Shown: piece after piece, positions 17,737-25,157 of the stretch
Position numbering within the stretch: the stretch's first letter is position 1
Layout: every line of letters begins with the position of its first letter
Assembly (NCBI GenBank): GCA_020060465.1
Contig: JAGVAD010000016.1
Span: 29,240 to 93,239, forward strand
Direction: 5' to 3'
Source of the DNA: Anaerolineales bacterium
GTDB lineage: Bacteria > Chloroflexota > Anaerolineae > Anaerolineales > UBA4823
DNA: 64,000 nt
Position numbers and translations under genes: made by a program
Notes under the pieces: generated by a model
The model's input: the letters and a program-made list of their open reading frames with translations, nothing else
Databases searched by the model: none
What the model was told of the DNA's origin: nothing

Positions 17737-19194
17737 GTGAACATACAAAAACATTTACCCACGCTCTTGCTCGTTACTGTTATCCTGGGAGCGACATTTG
17801 GCGCAGCGGCAGCGTCTCGTTTGAACCAGGAAGTCCCTCCCTTATTCCTGGAAACAAATCGGACTCAACAACTGAACGAAGCGAATCTGCGCGCAACGGC
17901 GCGCTCGCGTTTCGCCACCATCAATTTCGCCTCGCTGGAAAGGGCGCGTCCGGGAAGTAAATTGTTGCTGAATCTGTTTGACGATCTGGTATTGACCGCT
18001 GTAATAGATGAAAATTATTTGCAAGGAGATACAACCATCTGGGTCGGTCATATCGAAGGCGAAGTGATGGCGCAGCTCTTTCTGGCCTCCGGCGGTGGGC
18101 AAATCGCAGCGCAGGTCAGTTCCCCTGGCGGCATTTATGAGGTACGCTATGCAGGCGACGGCGTGCATGTGATTTCCCAGATTGACCAATCCTTATACCC
18201 TGAAGAGGCGCCGCCCATCGAAATTGGCGCCCCGGAGGCAGAGGTCGCTCCACTTGAAGCGTCTCCCTCTCCACCCAATGCGATAGAGGACGACGGTTCA
18301 GTGATTGATGTATTGGTGGTTTACACCCCGGCAGCACGCAGCGCCGCTGGCGGCGTCACCGCCATCCAGAATCTGATCAACCTGGCGATTGCTCAAACCA
18401 ACACCTCTTACGCCAACAGCAACATCCGTCAGCGGCTGAACCTGGTGTATTTGGGCGAGATCGCCTATACCGAATCCAGCAACATGGAAACCGACCTGGA
18501 ACGTCTGCGTCGAAGCGACGATCAATACATGAACAGCGTGCACTCGCTACGTAACACGTATTACGCCGACCTGGTTAGCTTGATTGAGGTTTCAGCACAA
18601 TATTGTGGCATTGCTTATCACATGGATACCGTTGGGTCTTTTTTCAGGGACTGGGCTTTCTCGGTGGTGGCTCACGATTGCGCGGCTGGTTACTATAGCC
18701 TGGCTCATGAGCTGGGGCATAACATGGGGGCGCGCCACGATTGGTTTGTGGATGTCGGCGTTACTCCGTACAGTTACGCTCACGGCTATGTGAACACTGT
18801 CGCTCGCTTCCGCACCATCATGTCTTACGCCAATGAATGTAGCGCGCGAGGCATTACCTGCACGCGGGTGCAATATTGGGCTAATCCAGCCCTCTATTAC
18901 AACGGCCAGCCGATGGGCGTGCCAGGCGGCACCAACACCTCCTGTCGCCTGGGTGATGTCAACCATCCGCCCTGTGACGCAGATGATCATCGCGTTCTGG
19001 ATAATACTGCTTACACTGTAGCCAATTTCCGCGTGCGCCCGGTGACCGGTACTCCCACGCCTACCCCGACTCGCACCCGCACACCCACTCCCACCATTAC
19101 ACGCACCCCCACCCGCACGCCGACGCCCACCCGAACTCCAGAGCCATTCTGGTTTTCTCCCTATAACGCCTTCTTGCCTGTTGTGCGCAGATAA
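17737..19194 (+). CDS. Secreted zinc metalloprotease, reprolysin-like (M12B-type zincin) with Pro/Thr linker and short C-terminal tail
   Basis: Signal peptide LLLVTVILGATFGAAAAS, zinc site HELGHNMGARHD, linker GTPTPTPTRTRTPTPTITRTPTRTPTPTRTPEP, and C-terminal end YNAFLPVVRR. Confidence 0.75.
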   Translation: MNIQKHLPTLLLVTVILGATFGAAAASRLNQEVPPLFLETNRTQQLNEANLRATARSRFATINFASLERARPGSKLLLNLFDDLVLTAVIDENYLQGDTTIWVGHIEGEVMAQLFLASGGGQIAAQVSSPGGIYEVRYAGDGVHVISQIDQSLYPEEAPPIEIGAPEAEVAPLEASPSPPNAIEDDGSVIDVLVVYTPAARSAAGGVTAIQNLINLAIAQTNTSYANSNIRQRLNLVYLGEIAYTESSNMETDLERLRRSDDQYMNSVHSLRNTYYADLVSLIEVSAQYCGIAYHMDTVGSFFRDWAFSVVAHDCAAGYYSLAHELGHNMGARHDWFVDVGVTPYSYAHGYVNTVARFRTIMSYANECSARGITCTRVQYWANPALYYNGQPMGVPGGTNTSCRLGDVNHPPCDADDHRVLDNTAYTVANFRVRPVTGTPTPTPTRTRTPTPTITRTPTRTPTPTRTPEPFWFSPYNAFLPVVRR

Positions 19195-19208
19195 TCCAAT
19201 TTTGGCGA

Positions 19209-19241
19209 AATTCGAGCGACAAAACGCTCGAATTCTGTTTT
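19209..19241 (+). terminator. Rho-independent terminator after the metalloprotease gene
   Basis: Perfect 10-bp stem aattcgagcg / cgctcgaatt (19209-19218 / 19225-19234), 6-nt loop, followed by ctgtttt. Confidence 0.7.
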
Positions 19242-19398
19242 AATTGTGCTACACTTTTGTTATCCTGAGAATGTTCGGAAATCGTCCCCCTCGCCCATCC
19301 ACAGGCCCCCTCTTTTTTCCTGCTTCCTGGGTGTGGGGGGACCCGAACGTTTTCATCCCCAGTGTTCTTAGAACTTGTCCAATTTTAAGCGAGGCATT

Positions 19399-22224
19399 AT
19401 GGCTCAACTAACCGATTTTGTGAAACTTGGCCAGGCCATCTGGCTAGACGATATTCGGCGCTCTTATTTTGACAGCGGCTTTTTGGCAGACCTGATTGCC
19501 CAGGGGCTGCGCGGCTTGACCTCCAACCCCACCATCTTCGACAAGGCCATCGCCGGTAGCCGCGACTATGACGAAGCCATGCGCACCCTTGCGCTGGCCG
19601 GCAAGTCCGTGGAAGAAATTTATGAAGCGCTGGCGATTGCTGACATCCGTCAGGCAGCGGATCTATTCCGCCCGGTCTATGAGGTGACCGGCGGCGCGGA
19701 TGGCTTTGTCAGCCTGGAGGTCAACCCGTCTCTGGCGCACGACACCCAGGCGACGGTGGCTGAAGCCGTCCGTCTCTTCAGCGCAGTGGATCGCCCAAAC
19801 CTGATGATCAAAATCCCCGCCACGGTGGAGGGTCTGCCGGCGATCGAAGAGGCGCTGGCGCGTGGGATTAACGTCAATGTCACCCTCATCTTCTCCATCG
19901 CCCAATACGAGGCAGTAGCTCAGGCTTTCATGTCCGGCCTGGAAAAGCTGGCCTCAGCCGGAGGAGATTTATCTCGCCTGGCGTCGGTGGCCTCCTTCTT
20001 TGTCAGCCGGGTGGATACCGCGGTAGATAAAGCCCTGGAGGCGATCCGCGATGAACGCTCGGCAGGCATCGCCGCCCGGCTGCGCGGCAAGATCGCTGTC
20101 GCCAACGCCAAACTGGCTTACGCTTGTTTTCAAGAGATTTTCAAAAGCGAACGTTGGCAAAAGCTCGCCGCTGCCGGCGCCCGCCTGCAGCGCCCGTTGT
20201 GGGCCAGCACCGGAACGAAGAACCCGGCGTATTCCGATACGCTGTACGTGGATCATTTGATCGGACCGCACACCGTGAACACCTTGCCTCCCGCCACTCT
20301 GCAAGCGGTCCTGGATCATGCCCGCGTCGAACGGACGGTGGATGCTGACCTGGATCAGGCGCGCCAGGATCTTGCCCAACTGGCGGAGTTGGGCATTGAG
20401 CTGGATGCCATCACACAACAATTGCAGGTGGAAGGGGTGGCTGCATTTCAAAAGTCTTTCGAGTCGCTCATGCGGAGCATTGCCCAGAAGCGGCAGCGTT
20501 TATTAATGGCTGAGGGCTACAGTCGGTCGTTGAGCGAGCGGCTGGCTGCGCACCAACCCGCCGTCGAGGCGGCGAAAGCCGAACTGAGCCGCGAGAAGGT
20601 GATCGAGCGCATCTGGGCGTTGGATCATACGCTATGGAAGCCCGATCCCGCTGAGATCAGCAACCGCTTGGGCTGGCTGAGAGCCATCGAAACCAGCCAG
20701 GAAGCTGCGCCGCGCCTGGAGGCCCTGGTGCAAGAGCTGCGCGCCGAGGGTTTCACGCACGCTCTATTGCTGGGAATGGGAGGCTCCAGCCTGGCGCCAG
20801 AGGTTTTACGGAAGACGTTTGGCGTATCGGCGGGATATTTGGATCTGGCTGTCCTGGATAGCACTGACCCGGGCGCGGTGTTGGAACACGCCAATCGCCT
20901 GGATGCAGCTCGCACGCTGTTCATCGTCTCCACTAAATCTGGCGGGACGGTCGAAACCTTCTCGTTTTTCAAATATTTCTATAACTGGGCTTCAGCCGCG
21001 CTGGGCGCTGAACAGGTTGGCAGGCATTTCATTGCTATCACCGACCCCGGCAGCAAGCTGGCCGAAACAGCAGAGCAATATCGTTTTCGGGCGACCCTGC
21101 TCAACGATCCGAACATCGGCGGGCGATACTCAGCGCTCTCGCTGTTTGGGCTGACGCCGGCCGCGTTGATCGGCGTCCAGTTGCAGCAATTGCTGGAACG
21201 CGCTCAGGCCATGGCCGAAGCGTGCGGCGCAGCGGAAGTATATCAAAATGACATCACCCTCAACCCGGCGGCGCGTTTAGGGACGGCTATCGCCGAACTG
21301 GCAAAAGCTGGCTGCGACAAACTCACCTTGATCACTTCGCCAGCCATCTGCTCCTTTGGCGATTGGGTTGAACAACTCATTGCCGAAAGCACCGGTAAAG
21401 ATGGCAAGGGGATTTTGCCGGTGGTGGGAGAAACCATCGCTGAGCCTGAATTCTACGGGAAGGATCGCGGCTTCGTCTATCTGCGCCTGGCGGGAGACCA
21501 TACCCACGACCTGGCCGCGCTGGCGCTTGAGGAAGCAGGACATCCGGTCATCCGCTTGGAGATGAAAGATCTATACGACCTGGGCGCGCAATTTTTCCTT
21601 TGGGAAATGGCTGTCGCTGTAGCTGGTCAGCGCCTGGGCATCCACCCCTTTGACCAGCCCAACGTAGAATCTGCAAAAGTCCTGGCGAGGCAAATGGTTG
21701 CGGCTTACCAGCAGCAGGGTCAATTGCCCGAATTGACGCCGACCTTGCGCGAAGGAGACATTGCCGTCTATGACGCTTCAGGAGCGAAGACCCTGGCAGA
21801 AGCCTGGAAAGCGTTCCTTTCATCTGCTCAACCAGACGCCTACATCGCTATTCAGGCGTATATTCATCCGACTACGGAGACCGACGCCTCGCTGCTGGCG
21901 TTGCGCAGTTGCCTGCGGGAAAAGACCTTGCTGGCTGTCACCACTGGCTATGGCCCGCGCTTCTTACATTCAACCGGGCAATTGCACAAAGGCGACGCCG
22001 GGCGCGGCCTGTTTGTCCAGATCACCAGCGACCCGGTTCAGGATGTCCCTATACCCGACGAAGCCGGAGGCGAAAAGTCGTCTATCACTTTTGGCGTTTT
22101 GGAAGCCGCCCAGGCGTTGGGCGACCGGCAGGCGCTGCTGGACGCCGGGCGCAGGGTGATCCGTTTTCACTTAGGGAAGGATGCGCTGGTTGGACTGGCG
22201 CGGCTGACGCAGGCTATCGAATAG
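19399..22224 (+). CDS. Bifunctional transaldolase / glucose-6-phosphate isomerase
   Basis: The N-terminal roughly 370 aa are transaldolase-like (TSNPTIF, IKIPAT). The C-terminal roughly 570 aa are PGI-like (LGMGGSSLAPEV, STKSGGTVET, GGRYSALS). The start is placed at MAQLTDF; the ORF track begins at TTG 19375. Confidence 0.85.
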   Translation: MAQLTDFVKLGQAIWLDDIRRSYFDSGFLADLIAQGLRGLTSNPTIFDKAIAGSRDYDEAMRTLALAGKSVEEIYEALAIADIRQAADLFRPVYEVTGGADGFVSLEVNPSLAHDTQATVAEAVRLFSAVDRPNLMIKIPATVEGLPAIEEALARGINVNVTLIFSIAQYEAVAQAFMSGLEKLASAGGDLSRLASVASFFVSRVDTAVDKALEAIRDERSAGIAARLRGKIAVANAKLAYACFQEIFKSERWQKLAAAGARLQRPLWASTGTKNPAYSDTLYVDHLIGPHTVNTLPPATLQAVLDHARVERTVDADLDQARQDLAQLAELGIELDAITQQLQVEGVAAFQKSFESLMRSIAQKRQRLLMAEGYSRSLSERLAAHQPAVEAAKAELSREKVIERIWALDHTLWKPDPAEISNRLGWLRAIETSQEAAPRLEALVQELRAEGFTHALLLGMGGSSLAPEVLRKTFGVSAGYLDLAVLDSTDPGAVLEHANRLDAARTLFIVSTKSGGTVETFSFFKYFYNWASAALGAEQVGRHFIAITDPGSKLAETAEQYRFRATLLNDPNIGGRYSALSLFGLTPAALIGVQLQQLLERAQAMAEACGAAEVYQNDITLNPAARLGTAIAELAKAGCDKLTLITSPAICSFGDWVEQLIAESTGKDGKGILPVVGETIAEPEFYGKDRGFVYLRLAGDHTHDLAALALEEAGHPVIRLEMKDLYDLGAQFFLWEMAVAVAGQRLGIHPFDQPNVESAKVLARQMVAAYQQQGQLPELTPTLREGDIAVYDASGAKTLAEAWKAFLSSAQPDAYIAIQAYIHPTTETDASLLALRSCLREKTLLAVTTGYGPRFLHSTGQLHKGDAGRGLFVQITSDPVQDVPIPDEAGGEKSSITFGVLEAAQALGDRQALLDAGRRVIRFHLGKDALVGLARLTQAIE

Positions 22225-22242
22225 ACCTTTTATCCTGCTACG

Positions 22243-23169
22243 TTATGGCAAAAGGAGCGCCTCGCCTTTGGGATCATGCCGCAAGTAGTTGGAGCGAGCG
22301 CGCTGGAAGCTGCTGGTAGCGTAGCAGTAGCTGCAACCAAACAGGCAAGAGTCGTACATGCCGATGTCTTTGCTGACCACACAGCCGCAAGCCTTACGCT
22401 GCCCCGGATCTTTGACGGCCGGCACCTGCAGGCCAAATAACCGCTGCAACAGCTCATTGTCAATACACTTGCCTGGACGAACGCCATAAGGCTGCAAGTT
22501 CAATGTCTCGGCGCAGCTTACTATTTCCATACCGTTCTCAGCGGCGATCTGCGCCAGGTCGCCGATCAGACCCCCTAACCAGGATGGAAGCTCGCCGTTG
22601 GAAAGCGGCGAGCTTTCTTTTGTCCATGTCAACGCTGCCCCTTGACTGGCGAGCTGATTCAACCGTTTGCGCGCCTTGCCATATTCATCCATCAGGCTGA
22701 TCACCGAGCGCGTCGTGCTGCCGCGCAATGCCCTCGCCAGGCTTTCATAGGCGCGGCGGTGATAATCGGGAGAAGTTATCTCGCTGAATACCAGCGGGTC
22801 GTAGCGCCAGATCACTCGTTCCGGCCCAATCCGGCTGGCTAATTCTCGCAGTGTAGCAATGACCGCTTCCGGGCGCGGGGAGCGCGCGTCGATCTGCCGG
22901 GGATACCCCAGTAAAGTAACCTGAAAACAATAACGATACCCGCGTTGATCCAGCTCATTTAAGTAAGGGAGAAGCGGGCGAGGGTTGCGCGTCCAGAAGA
23001 CGATTGCCTCTACATCTTCCGGCAATAACGAGATGCGCCCCACCTGACGAGCGTCGAATGGATTCGGCGTCAGGCAATAACCGGCGCGAATACGGTTAAT
23101 GAACCAGGCGGCGTAGAATGCGGGTATATCCGTGCGTCGGCTGGCGCTGATAATCATCCCAATAAACAT
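22243..23169 (-). CDS. DUF1848-family protein
   Basis: N-terminal MIISASRRTDIPAFYAAWF signature (recognised from memory) and a C-terminal Cys cluster CGC...CLFGCSYC. Confidence 0.65.
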   Translation of the reverse strand: MFIGMIISASRRTDIPAFYAAWFINRIRAGYCLTPNPFDARQVGRISLLPEDVEAIVFWTRNPRPLLPYLNELDQRGYRYCFQVTLLGYPRQIDARSPRPEAVIATLRELASRIGPERVIWRYDPLVFSEITSPDYHRRAYESLARALRGSTTRSVISLMDEYGKARKRLNQLASQGAALTWTKESSPLSNGELPSWLGGLIGDLAQIAAENGMEIVSCAETLNLQPYGVRPGKCIDNELLQRLFGLQVPAVKDPGQRKACGCVVSKDIGMYDSCLFGCSYCYATSSFQRARSNYLRHDPKGEALLLP

Positions 23170-23203
23170 GACCGCCGACGTAGCGCGCGGCGAAACATTC
23201 CTG

Positions 23204-23533
23204 CTACGGATTGGGGTAGGTGGTTGGAGCTGGGGATGGATATGGAGGATTATCCTCTGGGGTGCAAGCTAACACCACTTTATATTGTCCCAGTTTTCTT
23301 TTCGATGAAACCACATTGCAAGACAGGTTTTGACCTGCCCTGAGAGCAGTAATTGTCTTGCCGTTAATATAAACCAACGAACCCTGTTGCTCTCCCGCGG
23401 CGCTGGGCGCTGCATTGGCATAATACACCAGAACGAAGGCAGCGATTACCAACACAAGGAAGAAAAGGGTCAGCAGAACCAGGAAGGTATTGCGATTCGA
23501 CCAATGGTTTTCGTTCATTTTCTCAATCCTCAC
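23204..23533 (-). CDS. Small membrane-anchored hypothetical protein
   Basis: 109 aa with one TM helix (FLVLLTLFFLVLVIAAFVLVYY) and a Pro-rich C-terminus. No family recognised. Confidence 0.4.
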   Translation of the reverse strand: MRIEKMNENHWSNRNTFLVLLTLFFLVLVIAAFVLVYYANAAPSAAGEQQGSLVYINGKTITALRAGQNLSCNVVSSKRKLGQYKVVLACTPEDNPPYPSPAPTTYPNP

Positions 23534-23652
23534 TGAAGTTTACGGAAATACGTCTCTACTTATTATATCTTAGCACATTATTCATGCAATCTGACCAGGT
23601 AAAAAGGACTATCGCTTCCATCATGGCTCTGAAACTGGGTTCATTTTCCTCC

Positions 23653-23705
23653 TTGACATATAAGCTATCTTGCATACAATTATTATGATTATACAATCAT
23701 ACAAT
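23653..23705 (+). promoter_or_regulatory. Sigma-70-type promoter with three ATACAAT repeats (candidate GntR operator)
   Basis: TTGACA 23653-23658, 16-nt spacer, TACAAT 23675-23680. ATACAAT occurs at 23674, 23691 and 23699. The element lies 46 nt upstream of the GntR ATG. Confidence 0.5.
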
Positions 23706-23750
23706 CAGACAAAGAGACATTTTGGGGTAGATTTGTAGGGTTTTAATCAG

Positions 23751-24158
23751 ATGCAGATCGAAATTGACTTTCGTGCGGGTCGCCCAATCTATTTACAGAT
23801 CGCCGAGCAGATACAACGCAGGATCGCCAGCGGTGAACTGAAACCCGGCGAACAATTACCCACCGTTCGCCAACTGGCCGCAACATTAGGCGTCAACTTC
23901 AACACCGTCGCCAGAGCCTATCGCCTGCTGGATAAATCAGGGTTGATTTCTACCCAACATGGCCGCGGCACCTATGTCTGGGAACAACCCTCGGATGAAA
24001 TTTCCCAACAACTACGCCGACAGACTTTGGATGATCTGACCCAACACTATCTGGCTGAGGCTCAACGTTGGGGCTATACCCTGCAGGAGATCGCTCAAGC
24101 GACTGCCGCAGCGATTGAAAACCGACTGGCGCTTTCAGAACAAAAAGAGGAACGTTAA
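23751..24158 (+). CDS. GntR-family transcriptional regulator (short YtrA-like subtype)
   Basis: PIYLQIAEQIQRRIASGELKPGEQLPTVRQLAATLGVNFNTVARAYRLL is a wHTH typical of GntR. At 135 aa there is no large effector domain. Confidence 0.8.
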   Translation: MQIEIDFRAGRPIYLQIAEQIQRRIASGELKPGEQLPTVRQLAATLGVNFNTVARAYRLLDKSGLISTQHGRGTYVWEQPSDEISQQLRRQTLDDLTQHYLAEAQRWGYTLQEIAQATAAAIENRLALSEQKEER

Positions 24159-24193
24159 GAAAGCACTCAAAGATAACGGATAAAGGTGTACGG

Positions 24194-25084
24194 ATGATTG
24201 AACGGAAGAGTCTGATCGTCTATTTGTTAATTGCCTTTACATTAGCCTGGGTTTTATTCGTTCTGCCGCTGGCTTTTGGCGCCCCGGGGACATCCAGGCG
24301 ACAAATGGCTACTCTGATAACCTGGTCAGCGGCTATGTGGGCGCCCGGCGTTGCGGCAGTGGTTGCTACGAGGCGGGTAGACCGCCAGCCATTGAGCGCC
24401 TTGAACCTGGGAAAACTGGGCGAAAGGCGCATCTATGTTTGGGCGTGGCTGATTCCGCCGCTGTTGGTGGCTGGTGCTGGAATTTTCTCTGCCCTGCTAG
24501 GGGTGGGACAGTTGGACCTGGAATTTACCCAACTGCGACAAGCGATGGCGGGCACGGCAGGAGCAGATACGCCGCCGTGGTTTGTGATCGCCGTCCAATT
24601 GCTGATCGCAATGACCATTGGCCCTCTTTTCAACACATTATTCGCGCTGGGCGAGGAGCTTGGCTGGCGCGGCTATTTGCTGCCCAAACTGCTGCCTTTG
24701 GGGCAGGGGCGCGCCATTTTGATCAGCGGCGTGATTTGGGGCGTCTGGCACTGGCCGGCTATCTTACAAGGCCACAACTATCCTAATCACCCTTACCTGG
24801 GGATGTTGTTGATGATTGGTTTCTGTGTTTTATTCGGCGCTTTTCTCAGTTGGCTTTACCTGCGCGCCGGCAGTCCCTGGGCGCCGGCATTGGGTCACGC
24901 CATGCTCAACGCGGTGGCTGGTTTCCCTTTATTGTTCATGCCCAAAGTGGATATGGCGCTCGGCGGCACATTAACCAGCCTGACCGGTTGGATCCCGATG
25001 CTTCTGTTCATTGGCTGGTTAATCTGGCGCAAACAGTTGCCTGTGCCTGAACAAATACCCCCGCTAGAAGAAGCAGCTCTTTAG
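24194..25084 (+). CDS. CPBP-family intramembrane glutamic endopeptidase (CAAX-protease-like)
   Basis: Polytopic membrane protein with motif 1 GEELGWRGYL and the later FxxxH and HAMLN motifs. Confidence 0.8.
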   Translation: MIERKSLIVYLLIAFTLAWVLFVLPLAFGAPGTSRRQMATLITWSAAMWAPGVAAVVATRRVDRQPLSALNLGKLGERRIYVWAWLIPPLLVAGAGIFSALLGVGQLDLEFTQLRQAMAGTAGADTPPWFVIAVQLLIAMTIGPLFNTLFALGEELGWRGYLLPKLLPLGQGRAILISGVIWGVWHWPAILQGHNYPNHPYLGMLLMIGFCVLFGAFLSWLYLRAGSPWAPALGHAMLNAVAGFPLLFMPKVDMALGGTLTSLTGWIPMLLFIGWLIWRKQLPVPEQIPPLEEAAL

Positions 25085-25106
25085 CCAGAAGGGCGGACTG
25101 TCGCCA

Positions 25107-25154
25107 GTAGGGGTGGATGATGATGTGTAGGGGCGGATCATCATCCACCCCTAC
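25107..25154. terminator. Long perfect hairpin between convergent genes (bidirectional terminator or REP-like element)
   Basis: 18-bp perfect stem gtaggggtggatgatgat (25107-25124) / atcatcatccacccctac (25137-25154) with a 12-nt loop. No U-tract on either side. Confidence 0.5.
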
Positions 25155-25157
25155 AAT

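Noticed and set aside
17506-17754. An 82-aa minus-strand ORF in the AT-rich pdxS / metalloprotease divergent region. I also noted the direct repeat ATTGCAGT-n7-ATTGCAGT nearby.
   Set aside because: The ORF has odd composition (Cys/Asn/His-rich), no RBS, and spans the likely promoters of both flanking genes. The 8-mer repeat may be an operator, but I have no supporting evidence.
19048-19150. Short tandem DNA repeats (acgcccacc-type) here and at about 56480..56620 and 62040..62260. I considered them as a CRISPR or VNTR array.
   Set aside because: They lie inside long ORFs and simply encode Pro/Thr linkers. Repeat units are irregular (6-12 nt) with no constant repeat/spacer structure.
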